A stretch of 64,000 nucleotides of DNA, taken from NCBI GenBank assembly GCA_963827755.1, contig CAWHCQ010000021.1, positions 32,001-96,000 on the forward strand, written 5' to 3'. Origin of the DNA: an uncultured Gammaproteobacteria bacterium (GTDB lineage: Bacteria > Pseudomonadota > Gammaproteobacteria > UBA9214). The position numbers were made by a program, and so were the translations under genes. The notes under the pieces were generated by a model that worked only from the letters and a program-made list of their open reading frames with translations, was not told the origin of the DNA and ran no database searches. The first letter of the stretch is position 1, and the number at the start of each line of letters is the position of its first letter. Positions 45,889 to 56,112 of this stretch are shown here, piece by piece.

Positions 45889-46317
45889 ATGGATATCAAT
45901 CAACTCGTCGAATTCATCGGTAACCACACCTTGCTGGTGCTGGCACTGGTCGGCATAACAATCATGCTGATTGCGGGTGAGGTACAGCAACGCATCGGCG
46001 GTGTAAAAAATGTCGGGCCAAATGATGCAATCCGCATGCTGAATCACGAAAATGCCGTTATGATCGACATGCGCAAGCTCGAGGACTACCAGGCCGGCCA
46101 TATTGTCAATGCCGTTCACCTGCCCGGGAGCGACGACAGTGGCATGGGCAAGCTTGAGAAATTTCGCAAGCGGCCGCTCATTGTCTGCTGCCGCAGTGGG
46201 CAGACTTCAAACGCTATTTGCAGCAAATTGCGCAAACAGGGGTTTGAGCCGGTGTATAACCTGAAAGGCGGTTTACTGGCATGGCAGAATGCAAATCTTC
46301 CGTTAAGCAAAAGCTAG
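45889..46317 (+). CDS. membrane-anchored rhodanese-domain protein (YibN-like)
   Basis: N-terminal TM helix, GHIVNA, CCRSG, LKGGLLAW. Confidence 0.88.
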   Translation: MDINQLVEFIGNHTLLVLALVGITIMLIAGEVQQRIGGVKNVGPNDAIRMLNHENAVMIDMRKLEDYQAGHIVNAVHLPGSDDSGMGKLEKFRKRPLIVCCRSGQTSNAICSKLRKQGFEPVYNLKGGLLAWQNANLPLSKS

Positions 46318-46374
46318 GCACTGTATTGCAACTGGCTACCGCTACATACATCAATTAACTACAGGAAACCCGCC

Positions 46375-46857
46375 ATGGCCGAAGAAGAACAGCCAGCAGC
46401 CAAAGACGACAATGATACCCCGATAGTTCAGCCGCAGAGCATTTACCTCAAGGATGTATCCTTCGAAACACCCAGCTCACCCGAGATCTTCACGGCCAAG
46501 TGGGAGCCGCAGGTGAACATCCAGATGGACAGCAGCAGCCAGGACCTGGGTGATAATTACCACGAGGTGGTGCTTTCCTTTACTGTTACAGTCAAAGTCG
46601 GCGATAAAACGGCCTACCTTGCTGAAATACACCAGGCCGGGATTTTTATCCTTACAGGTCTGACACCTGAACAGTTACATCGTACCCAGCATGTCTTCTG
46701 CCTGCGCTTTTTGCATCCCTACGCAATCGTAGCCGTCCTCGACCTGGTTACCAAGGGCGGCTTCCCGCAGTTCCTGATGCCGCCGGTCAATTTTAACAAG
46801 CGTTATACCGAGCGCTATGAAAGCGCTGAACAGGCCGGTGTGCCCGAAGCGTCATAA
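46375..46857 (+). CDS. secB: protein export chaperone SecB
   Basis: IYLKDVSFETP, AEIHQAGIF, GGFP, PVNF. Confidence 0.9.
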   Translation: MAEEEQPAAKDDNDTPIVQPQSIYLKDVSFETPSSPEIFTAKWEPQVNIQMDSSSQDLGDNYHEVVLSFTVTVKVGDKTAYLAEIHQAGIFILTGLTPEQLHRTQHVFCLRFLHPYAIVAVLDLVTKGGFPQFLMPPVNFNKRYTERYESAEQAGVPEAS

Positions 46858-46923
46858 AGGAAAACAAGCCGGAGTGTCAAAAGGCAGCGCCATCGTCGAA
46901 CACCCTCTAATCGTTGCGGCCCC

Positions 46924-47929
46924 GTGAAGAGCACCCCGATTACTGTCCTCGGTGCCGGTTCCTGGGGTACGGCACTGGCCATCAGGCTTGCTGCCAGCAG
47001 TGAAACCTGCCTCTGGGGCCACGAAGCTGACTTCATGGCGACACTCTCCAGAGAGCGTGAGAACAGGCCGTTTCTTCCCGGCGCCGCGTTTCCCGACACG
47101 CTCGGCATTGAAGCCGGCCTGGCATGCGCCGTTTCGCAAAGCCGCGACCTGTTGCTGGCCATACCCAGTCATGCCTTTCGTGAGGTACTGGAAAAAGCGG
47201 CGCCTTCATTCAAAAATAACACGCGTATCGCCTGGGCAACCAAGGGCCTGGAGCAGGGCACAGGCAAATTTATGGGCGATATCCTCGATGAGCTGTTCGA
47301 TACCCGCTACCCGGCTGCCGTGATTTCGGGTCCTACCTTTGCCAGGGAAGTCGCCGCCGGCCTGCCGACAGCGCTGACGGTTGCCTCGAACAACCCGGAG
47401 TTTGCCAACGACCTGGCCGGCCGCCTGCACGGTGACGTGATGCGCGCCTATACCAGCGATGACATGACGGGTGTACAACTTGGCGGCACCGTCAAAAACG
47501 TATTGGCCATTGCTGCCGGTATTACCGATGGCCTGCAGCTGGGCGCCAACAGCCGGGCTGCCCTGGTGACCCGCGGACTGGCAGAAATGATCCGTCTGGG
47601 TGATGCCATGGGCGCAAAACGCGAAACCCTGATGGGCCTTGCCGGTGTCGGCGATCTCATCCTGACCTGCACCGATGACCTGTCACGCAACCGTCGACTC
47701 GGCCTGGCGCTGGGCAGGGGTACGCCCCTTGCGATTGCGTTAAAGGGAATTGGCCAGGTAGTGGAAGGCTTCAACACCGCCCGTGAAGTGGTACAGCTGG
47801 CGCGAAAATACAGGGTTGATATGCCGATATCCGAACAGGTCTACCGCATCCTTTACGATGGACCTGTCACCGAGAGACGCTGTTCACAACCTGCTGGCAC
47901 GCGACATCAAGTCTGAATCCAGGGTTTGA
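46924..47929 (+). CDS. gpsA: NAD(P)H-dependent glycerol-3-phosphate dehydrogenase; +1 frameshift ~47860
   Basis: GAGSWGTA, KNVLAIAAG, GDLILTC, SRN; the +1 frame gives the expected end LSPRDAVHNLLARDIKSE. Confidence 0.93.
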
Positions 47930-48377
47930 ATTCCTGCTGGCGCCAGGCCTCGTAGACCAGCACGGCGGCACTGTTCGACAGGTTCAGGCTACGGCTGTTG
48001 TCGGCCATCGGCAGGCGCAACACGGCATCCGGACCAAGGCTTTCCAGTACCTCGCCCGGCAGGCCCCGGGTTTCCGGACCAAACAGGAAGGCGTCCCCCG
48101 GCTGGTAGGCGACATCTGTGTAGGTGCGCGTGCCCCTGGTCGAGATGCCCCACAGCCGCAGCGGCCTGACCGTTTCCCGAAAGTCCTGCAACGAGGCATG
48201 CTCCCTGACGCGCGCAAACTCCCGGTAGTCGAGGCCGGCCCGGCGCAGCTTGCGATCGTCAAGTTCAAAACCCAGGGGATGAATCAGGTGCAGGGCACTG
48301 CCGGTATTGGCACAAAGGCGTATGATGTTACCGGTGTTCGGCGGTATCTCGGGCTGGTAGAGAACAACATGAAACAT
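47907..48377 (-). CDS. trmL: tRNA (cytidine/uridine-34-2'-O)-methyltransferase
   Basis: PEIPPNTGN, RRAGLDY, FGPETRGL, SRSLNLS. Confidence 0.95.
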   Translation of the reverse strand: MFHVVLYQPEIPPNTGNIIRLCANTGSALHLIHPLGFELDDRKLRRAGLDYREFARVREHASLQDFRETVRPLRLWGISTRGTRTYTDVAYQPGDAFLFGPETRGLPGEVLESLGPDAVLRLPMADNSRSLNLSNSAAVLVYEAWRQQEFKPWIQT

Positions 48378-48393
48378 ATGGACAAGGATCCCT

Positions 48394-49374
48394 GTGGCTG
48401 CACTAACGGACGCTGAACAAAAAAAACTTGCCGTGGACTTTTGCGGCCTGTCGCTTGCCACACCCCTGGTACTGCTGTCCGGTTGCGTCGGGTTCGGCGA
48501 AGAATATACGCGGGTTGAAGGCTTTTCCAACCGTGATGTCGGCGCCGTGTGCCTGAAGGGGACCACGCTGGCGCCACGACTCGGTAACCCTGCGCACCGG
48601 ATTGCGGAAACCCCGGCCGGGATGATCAATGCCATCGGTCTGCAGAATCCCGGCACCGATCATGTCATTAACAACATTCTTCCGACACTCGATTTTTCAG
48701 AGACCCGGTTCATCGCCAATGTATCCGGTTCCACGCTCGAGGAATACACCGAGGTCACCCGGCGCTTCGATGATTCAGAGATCGACGCAATCGAAATCAA
48801 TATCTCCTGCCCGAACGTCAAGCAGGGCGGCGTGGCCTTCGGCAACGACCCGGACATGTCGGCACGGGTTGTCGCGGCCTGCAGGGCGGTCACGAAAAAA
48901 CCCCTGATCACCAAGCTGTCGCCCAACCAGACTGACATTGCCGACAATGCACGCCGCTGCATCGAGGCCGGCACCGACGGCTTTGCAGTGATCAATACCC
49001 TGATGGGCATGGCCATCGACACCGGTACACGCACCCCGGTGATCGGCAATAACCAGGGGGGCCTGTCGGGTCCGGCCATCAAGCCGATTGCCTTGCTGAT
49101 GGTGCACAAGGTCCACCAGGTCTGCAAAGCCCACAACATCCCGATTATCGGCCAGGGCGGAATTACCACGGCCAATGATGCCCTCGAGTTTCTCATCGCC
49201 GGCGCCGCCACGGTCGGCATCGGCACTGCGCTCTTCTATGACCCGCTGATCTGCAAGACCATCAACCGGGGCATCCTCGACTACCTGGCCGAACACGACA
49301 TGTCAGGTGTCCGCCAACTGACCGGCAGCCTGTCGCTGCACACGCACGCCGTCCCCGGCTGCAGTGCCGGCTGA
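48394..49374 (+). CDS. pyrD: dihydroorotate dehydrogenase, class 1 catalytic subunit
   Basis: NAIGLQNPG, EINISCPN, KLSPN, GGLSGPAIKP. Confidence 0.88.
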   Translation: MAALTDAEQKKLAVDFCGLSLATPLVLLSGCVGFGEEYTRVEGFSNRDVGAVCLKGTTLAPRLGNPAHRIAETPAGMINAIGLQNPGTDHVINNILPTLDFSETRFIANVSGSTLEEYTEVTRRFDDSEIDAIEINISCPNVKQGGVAFGNDPDMSARVVAACRAVTKKPLITKLSPNQTDIADNARRCIEAGTDGFAVINTLMGMAIDTGTRTPVIGNNQGGLSGPAIKPIALLMVHKVHQVCKAHNIPIIGQGGITTANDALEFLIAGAATVGIGTALFYDPLICKTINRGILDYLAEHDMSGVRQLTGSLSLHTHAVPGCSAG

Positions 49375-49443
49375 GCACTGCATGGAAAGCAGCGTCCGCT
49401 GGTTAACCCGAAAGATGTGCCTGTAGAAAAATCAGCATGCGTT

Positions 49444-50860
49444 TCAATTGCTGCCCGGCAAATCCAGCTCCTTCAACTTCCGGGTGAGTGTATTCCGGCC
49501 CCAGCCGAGCAGGCGTGCCGCCTCCTGGCGACGCCCGCCGGTGTAGTGCAGCGCGGCGTCGATCAAAATGCGTTCAAAGGCCGGCAGCGCTTCCTTCAGC
49601 AAGGGGGCCTTACCGGCGGCCAGCTGCAGCCTGGCCCATTGGCGCAACAGGGACTGCCAGTCACTTCCTGCGACACCGGATTCGCCGGTTGATTGCAGCA
49701 GGTCATCGGGCAGATCCTCTCTGCGAATTTCCTGGCCAGGCGCCATGACGGTCAGCCAGCGAGCACAGGTTCTCCAGCTGTCGCACATTGCCTGGCCAGG
49801 CCAGGCTGGAAAGGAGCTTTTCGACCTCGGCGGTCACCGATTTTGGCTCAACCTCGAGTTCGTGTGCCGCCTTTTCCAGGAAATACCTCATCAACATCGG
49901 GATATCGTCGGCACGTTCACGCAGCGATGGAATTTTTACCCGGATCACGTTGAGTCGATGAAACAGGTCTTCACGAAATTCCCCGTTGCGCACCCGCTGC
50001 TCCAGGTCCTGGTGGGTCGCCGCGATAATACGTACATCGACCTGCTTCGGCGTATGTGCACCAACCGGATAGAACTCGCCATCGGCCAGCACCCGCAGCA
50101 AACGCGTCTGCAGTTCCGCCGGCATATCCCCGATTTCATCCAGCATCAGGGTCCCGCCATCGGCCTGTTCAAAACGTCCCGCGCGGCTGTTCTGCGCGCC
50201 GGTAAATGCGCCGCGTTCATGGCCGAACAATTCGGATTCAAGTAAATCACGCGGGATGGCCGCCATGTTGAGCGCAACAAAGGGTTTGTCCGCACGCCGG
50301 CTGTGCCGATGCAGCGCCAGCGCAACCAGCTCCTTGCCGGTGCCTGACTCACCATTGATCAATACCGTGGCATTGGATCTCGACAAGCGCCCGATTGCCC
50401 GAAACACTTCCTGCATCGCAGGCGACTTGCCGATAATTTCCGGAACAGCCGGCCCGGCATCAGCGGCAGATGTTCCGGCCGGCTGTTCCGTGCGCACATC
50501 CAGCGCACGGTTAACCAGTGCCACGGCCGCATCCACATCAAACGGCTTGGGAAGGTATTCAAAGGCACCGCCCTTGTAAGCCGATACGGCACTGTCGAGA
50601 TCCGAGTGTGCCGTCATGATAATGACCGGCAACTCCGGGAACAGCTGATTTATACGCTCCAGCAGTTCCAGGCCATCCATGCCAGGCATACGGACATCGG
50701 TAACAATTACCGCCGGTTCCTGCTTGCTGATTGCTGTCAGTGCGCTGTCTGCCGACGCGTAACTGGCAACCTCCAACCCGGCACCCTCAAGGGCCTTTTC
50801 AAGGACAAAACGTATTGAACGGTCGTCATCGATGACACATATTTTACTGCTATGACTCAT
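49444..50860 (-). CDS. ntrC: nitrogen regulator NtrC; +1 frameshift ~49762
   Basis: Receiver domain, GESGTGKE, GAFTGA, WPGNVRQLEN; the +1 frame continues RWLTVMA...LGWGRNTLTRKL. Confidence 0.95.
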
Positions 50861-51933
50861 GCCTTCTTATCCAGTGGTAACAGTATTGTGAACACCGTTT
50901 TACCCGGTTTACTGCTGCATTCAATCAAGCCCTGATGACGGCTGATCAATGCCTGTGCAATGGAAAGCCCCAGTCCGGTACCATCACTGCGCCCTGTAAT
51001 CATCGGAAAAAAAACCTGCTTCTGCAGCATCTCGTCTATGCCAGGGCCGTTATCGATCACCTCTATACATGCAACCAGGCGGTGCTTGCGTGAGCCAATA
51101 TTGAAATTACGCTGCACCCGGGTGCGCAGCCTGATCGTGCCTGTACCCTTCAAGGCCTGTGCGGCATTGCGCACAACATTGAGGATCGCCTGTGTCAGCA
51201 AATCCCGGTCGACAGTGAGTTCCGGCAGGCTCGGATCATAATCCCGATCTATCTTCAGGCCGTCGCCGGCTTCAGCCAGCACCAGGCCGCGCACATGTTG
51301 CAGAATCTCGTGTATATTCACGGCTTGCAGCCGCGGGATGGTATTCGGACCGAGCATGCGGTCCATCAAGGCCTGCATACGGTCCGCCTCTCTGATAATA
51401 GTCTGCGTGTATTCCTTCAGTGACTCGTCATCGACTTTGCGTTCCAGCAGTTGTGCCGCCCCGCGCAACCCACCGAGCGGATTTTTGATTTCATGGGCGA
51501 GTCCGCGGATCACTGCATGAGTGGCCTGTTGCTGATTGATCAAACGCTCCTCCTCTTCGATACGCAGGTGATGGTCGATCTGGCGCATCTCCACCAGCAC
51601 ACTATTGACTGTCCCGTCCTCACTCATCGGGGTATACGTGCAATTCACACGCAGCTCATTTGTCTCGGGCAGCTCGAGCCGGCAACCGCGCTTGATAATG
51701 ACCTGTTCGGAGGTAATCGTTGCCGCCAGCTGTTCAACCATCTCGTCGGAATTGGCAAGCAACGCATGCACTGACCGCCCGCACAGGTGACGCGAACTGT
51801 GTGCAAACATCATTTCACCCGCACTGTTGATAAAAACCAGCTGCAGCCGTGTATTGAAAACCAGCAGCGCCGTGCTCTGGTGCTCGATTATTTGCTCGGC
51901 GAACTTCTCGGGGTAATCGTGGGCCTTGGGCAT
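50857..51933 (-). CDS. ntrB: nitrogen regulation sensor kinase NtrB
   Basis: PAS domain, GLAHEIKNPLGGLRGAAQLL, RDYDPSLP, GTGLGLSI. Confidence 0.96.
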   Translation of the reverse strand: MPKAHDYPEKFAEQIIEHQSTALLVFNTRLQLVFINSAGEMMFAHSSRHLCGRSVHALLANSDEMVEQLAATITSEQVIIKRGCRLELPETNELRVNCTYTPMSEDGTVNSVLVEMRQIDHHLRIEEEERLINQQQATHAVIRGLAHEIKNPLGGLRGAAQLLERKVDDESLKEYTQTIIREADRMQALMDRMLGPNTIPRLQAVNIHEILQHVRGLVLAEAGDGLKIDRDYDPSLPELTVDRDLLTQAILNVVRNAAQALKGTGTIRLRTRVQRNFNIGSRKHRLVACIEVIDNGPGIDEMLQKQVFFPMITGRSDGTGLGLSIAQALISRHQGLIECSSKPGKTVFTILLPLDKKA

Positions 51934-51945
51934 ACACAGCGTTAC

Positions 51946-52096
51946 TGCAAGAACCAAACCAGAATACGAGCGAACCGTAAATGGCTGGTGGATAATAAAC
52001 TTATCTTTTTATATCAATCAGATAAGAACACTCTATGGCCGTGTGGCCGGAACAGGCGACAACACGGGCATAGCCATTATGCACCAATATGGTGCG
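51946..52096 (-). promoter_or_regulatory. putative sigma54 promoter, IHF-like site and NtrC site for ntrBC
   Basis: Minus strand TGGTTTGGTTCTTGCA (GG-N10-GC, 51946-51961); TATCAAtcagATA at 52012; TGCAC-N7-GTGCG at 52080-52096. Confidence 0.55.
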
Positions 52097-52132
52097 ATGA
52101 TGCCAGTATCTGATTATTTTGCCGGGGGGGTG

Positions 52133-52798
52133 TTACCTGGAATCAGGCGGTTTTGATCTTGGCAGGTTCGGGTTTATCGGGCCGGGTGCATTCGGATTAT
52201 TCTTGATGTTGTAGGGATTGTTGGGATTATTGGCAATGTTATCCGGATTTCTGAGGCTCTTCGGGTTATCCGGATTGTTTAAATTTACCGCATTTAAAGC
52301 CGAGACCCGTTTTACATGGATGGTCACAGGGTCGGCACTGAAGAGCGCCTTGCCCCCGGCATCGAACACAACGGCACCCAGCACATGGGTGCCACGATCC
52401 AGGTTCTTCAGCGTAAACTTTGCACTCGCAACCGCTTCGCCATGGGGCTCATCATCGATATAACACTGGATTTCATGCCCTTGCCGTCTCTTCAGCGGCG
52501 GGTCCAGTTTGAGACTTACAGCCACCTCACCCGTTTGATCGCGGATGACCAGATCATTTAGCGGCTCGACAAATACCATGCTCTTGTAAATGCCCGCCGC
52601 CACCGCTGGCTGGTCAGGTTGAGGCGGCTGCGCTTGCTCAGTCGGCGTGTAGGTGGACAGAGGCGGCAGTTTCATTCGCTGCGCACTCGGTGATGGCCTG
52701 TCTGAATAGACCCATTCACCCTTTTCATCTTGAGACTTGTAGATCTCTGCTTCGACGGCACAGCTGACCAGTACGAGCAAAACCAGTAATTTCTTCAT
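52133..52798 (-). CDS. DUF4124 domain exported protein with Asn/Pro-rich tail
   Basis: Signal peptide, IYKSQDEKGEWVYSDRP, Ig-like LDRGTH segment; lies between glnA and ntrB. Confidence 0.8.
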   Translation of the reverse strand: MKKLLVLLVLVSCAVEAEIYKSQDEKGEWVYSDRPSPSAQRMKLPPLSTYTPTEQAQPPQPDQPAVAAGIYKSMVFVEPLNDLVIRDQTGEVAVSLKLDPPLKRRQGHEIQCYIDDEPHGEAVASAKFTLKNLDRGTHVLGAVVFDAGGKALFSADPVTIHVKRVSALNAVNLNNPDNPKSLRNPDNIANNPNNPYNIKNNPNAPGPINPNLPRSKPPDSR

Positions 52799-53022
52799 AG
52801 TAAACACCTTAGCTGTGCCACAGCGTCTATGCAATACGGATTAGCAGTGAATGGCGGCCATTGAGTTCGTCGCCCGAAATGCGGGCAGGCGGAGAAAAGC
52901 CGACAAAACCAACTGTTAGTTCGACAAGGATAGTGTGGAAAAAATCCGCAGCGCCGGGGAGTCCTTGCGGGCGTCGCCTCGGGCACAACCCGGGCCGTGC
53001 CCGGGCGGCCTTTCCTGCAGGC

Positions 53023-53055
53023 AAAAAAAAGCGCCCCCGGAAGGGAGCGCTTTTT
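53023..53055 (-). terminator. rho-independent terminator of glnA (possibly bidirectional)
   Basis: A8-GCGC-cccc-ggaa-ggga-GCGC-T5 hairpin. Confidence 0.8.
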
Positions 53056-53077
53056 CCAGACAATTACAACCTGAAGA

Positions 53078-54487
53078 TCAGAGGCTGTAGTACATATCAA
53101 ACTCAATCGGATGCGTGGTCATGCGCAGGCGGGTGACTTCTTCCATCTTCAGCTCGATATAACCGTCGATCATGTCATCCGTAAACACACCGCCGGTCGT
53201 CAGGAACTTGCGATCCTTGTCGAGTGCATCCAGCGCCTGGTCCAGCGAGTTGCATACAGTCGGGATCTTCGCCTCTTCTTCCGGTGGCAGGTCGTAGAGG
53301 TCCTTGTCCATCGGTGCGCCCGGGTCGATCTTGTTCTTGATGCCGTCAAGACCGGCCATCAACAACGCGGAAAAGGCCAGGTAGGGGTTGCCGGTGGGGT
53401 CCGGAAAACGCACCTCGATGCGGCGCCCTTTCGGGTTGGACTCGAACGGAATACGCACAGAGGCGGAACGATTACGCGCCGAGTAGGCGAGGAATGTCGG
53501 CGCCTCGAAGCCCGGCACCAGTCGCTTGTAGCTGTTGGTGCTGGCATTGGTAAATGCATTCAGCGCCCTGGCATGCTTGAAGATGCCGCCGATGTAGTAA
53601 AGGGCCTGCTGCGAGAGCCCGCCGTACTTGTTGCCGGTAAACGTGTTCTTGCCGTCTTTTGCCAGCGACATGTGCACATGCATGCCGCTGCCGTTGTCGC
53701 CCACGATCGGCTTCGGCATGAAGGTGGCGGTCTTGCCGTAACCATGCGCGACATTGTGCACGACATACTTGAGGATCTGGTTCTGATCGGCACGACTGAC
53801 CAGGGTGTCGTAGCGGGTACCGATTTCACACTGACCGGCGGTCGCGACCTCGTGGTGGTGCACTTCGACGCTGACGCCCATCTCCTCCAGGGCCAGGCAC
53901 ATCGCGCCGCGCATATCGTGCAGGGAGTCGACCGGCGGGACCGGGAAATAACCGCCCTTGACGGTGGGGCGATGACCGATGTTACCGTCTTCGTATACGC
54001 GTTCCGTATTCCAGGAGGCCTCTTCGGAGTCAACCTTGCAGAAGGATCCACTCAGGTCAGAGCCCCAGCGCACGTCATCCAGAATAAAGAACTCGGGCTC
54101 GGGTCCGAAGAAGGCAGTATCCGCAATCTTGGTTGATTTGAGATAGGCCTCTGCACGCCTGCCGATGGAACGCGGGTCGCGCTCGTAGCCCTTCATACTG
54201 GTCGGCTCGAGAATGTCACAGCGCAGGTTCATGGTCGGCTCATCGCTGAACAGGTCCATCACGGCGGTTGTCGTATCCGGCATCAGCACCATGTCGGACT
54301 CGTTGATACCCTTCCAGCCGGCGATACTGGAACCATCGAACATCTTGCCTGACTTGAAAAAGTCGGCATTCACAACACTGGCGGGAATGGTTACATGCTG
54401 CTCTTTACCGCTGGTATCGGTGAAACGCATATCGACGTACTTGACGCCGTTGTCCTTCATCATCTTGTTTACTTTGGCTACAGACAT
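53078..54487 (-). CDS. glnA: glutamine synthetase type I
   Basis: [39 protein letters not shown]; GGAGGAG RBS. Confidence 0.99.
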   Translation of the reverse strand: MSVAKVNKMMKDNGVKYVDMRFTDTSGKEQHVTIPASVVNADFFKSGKMFDGSSIAGWKGINESDMVLMPDTTTAVMDLFSDEPTMNLRCDILEPTSMKGYERDPRSIGRRAEAYLKSTKIADTAFFGPEPEFFILDDVRWGSDLSGSFCKVDSEEASWNTERVYEDGNIGHRPTVKGGYFPVPPVDSLHDMRGAMCLALEEMGVSVEVHHHEVATAGQCEIGTRYDTLVSRADQNQILKYVVHNVAHGYGKTATFMPKPIVGDNGSGMHVHMSLAKDGKNTFTGNKYGGLSQQALYYIGGIFKHARALNAFTNASTNSYKRLVPGFEAPTFLAYSARNRSASVRIPFESNPKGRRIEVRFPDPTGNPYLAFSALLMAGLDGIKNKIDPGAPMDKDLYDLPPEEEAKIPTVCNSLDQALDALDKDRKFLTTGGVFTDDMIDGYIELKMEEVTRLRMTTHPIEFDMYYSL

Positions 54488-54582
54488 TACAACTCCTCCA
54501 GTTGACAGGGCGATAGAAACACAGACCACCACCGCGGGGATGACGGCATGCTCGAAAAAAGGGCCGTGACTGTTTTTACAGG

Positions 54583-54710
54583 AGCACGAATTATGCCATG
54601 AAGGCCGATGCTGGCAACTGCAGCTATTTCAGGCGCTTACATCCCCTGCATGTAACCACAAGCGCACTGCTATGGTGCGTTTTTTATTAAAAATGCGCCA
54701 CTTTGGTGCA
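54583..54710 (-). promoter_or_regulatory. glnA sigma54 promoter with tandem NtrC enhancer sites
   Basis: Minus strand TGGCATAATTCGTGCT (54583-54598); CGCAC-N7-GTGCG at 54663-54679 and TGCGC-N7-GTGCA at 54694-54710. Confidence 0.85.
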
Positions 54711-54712
54711 TA

Positions 54713-55871
54713 TCAGGTGCGAAAGTTGACCGTGACATCACCGACATCCTCGGCCCGCTGGGCGGCCGTGCGGATACGCTCCGTCAGCCCGGTCATCAGC
54801 CCGGCGTCCATGCCCTGCCATCTTCAGAAAGACATCCACATGTACCTTGCCATCGAGGTAATGCAGCATCACCTGGTCAATGCCCGGTCCCAGGTCGAGG
54901 CCCTGCCATTGCTGTTCCAGGCGTTGCAGGATTTCTTCCCGTGACGGCAATTGATTGGACGACGAGACAAGTTCGTCATCCTCGGGATCGATATGCACGG
55001 TCACATCCGAAACCTCTTCCATCTGGTCAATCAGCACACCGCGCACCTGCTCTCCGATCTGGTGGCCCTCGGACACGCTTAACGCCGGGTCAACCAGGAT
55101 GTGAACATCGACCAGCGCATCATTGCCACTGCGCCGCGTGCGCAACATGTGCAGGGCATGTACACCGTCGACACCGATGATCGAGTTGCGGATGGCCTCC
55201 AGCTGCTCTTCATCAAGCGAGGTATCGATCAGCTCCTGCAGGCTTTTCCACAGCAGGTCCCAGCCAATCTTTGCGATCATCAGGGCAACCGCAACGGCTG
55301 CAATGGCATCAAGGTATGGATAGCCCGCCATTGCGCCACCGACGCCGATCATCACGATAATCGAGGAAATGGCGTCAGTACGGCTGTGCCAGGCATTTGC
55401 CAGCAACATTTTCGAGCGCAAACGGCGTGCCGCCCTGGCGGTATAGTGGTATATCACTTCCTTCGAAACAACCGAGATCAGGGCAATGAGCATTGCCAGC
55501 ATGCCGGGGTGCATCAGCAGTTCCGGCGCCAGCATACGACGTATAGCGTCATAACTGATACCAAGGGCGACAACGATCAGGGCCGCACCGAGCGCGACGG
55601 TAGCCGCTGTTTCTATCCGGCCATGCCCGTAGGGATGCTCGGCATCGGCTTCACGATGTGAATGTTTCGCGGCAAACAGGACGAGGAAGTCCGTTGCCAG
55701 GTCAGACAGGGAATGCACGCCATCGGCGACCAGCGCCTGGGAGCCGGAGGTCGTCCCGACGATAATCTTGACGACACCGAGCAACAGGTCAAGGACGGCG
55801 CCAACCAGTGTCACCTTGCGCACTTCCCGGTAACGCACGTCCATCGGATCGGGCAGGTGAGTATGCGTCAT
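54713..55871 (-). CDS. cation diffusion facilitator transporter with C-terminal extension; +1 frameshift ~54814
   Basis: ADGVHSLSD, HPYGHGRIE, AWHSRTD, VHIDP; the +1 frame ends ...DVGDVTVNFRT at 54713. Confidence 0.88.
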
Positions 55872-55878
55872 GAATCAG

Positions 55879-56112
55879 TTAGTCCCGGGTTCCAATACAG
55901 ATAGTGATCGTGATTTGATCTTTCCGGTCATCGATCTCACAAATCTCATGACCCCACATTTGACACCAGACCGGTATGTCATGCACTACGCCCGGATCCG
56001 TGCACAACACCTCAACCAGGTCACCCGGCTGCAAATCTTCCACGCCATCCTGGGTACGTATCACCGGCAACGGGCAGAGCAGGTTGCGTGCATCGATAAT
56101 TGTGGCGCTCAT
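55879..56112 (-). CDS. TusA/SirA family sulfur carrier
   Basis: IDARNLLCPLPV, TDPG, DIPVWC. Confidence 0.88.
   Translation of the reverse strand: MSATIIDARNLLCPLPVIRTQDGVEDLQPGDLVEVLCTDPGVVHDIPVWCQMWGHEICEIDDRKDQITITICIGTRD

Noticed and set aside
49444-50860. ntrC, katG, gpsA and plsC as true pseudogenes
   Set aside because: Only isolated +1 bases with no other decay, and intact NtrC boxes imply a functional NtrC; artefact is more likely
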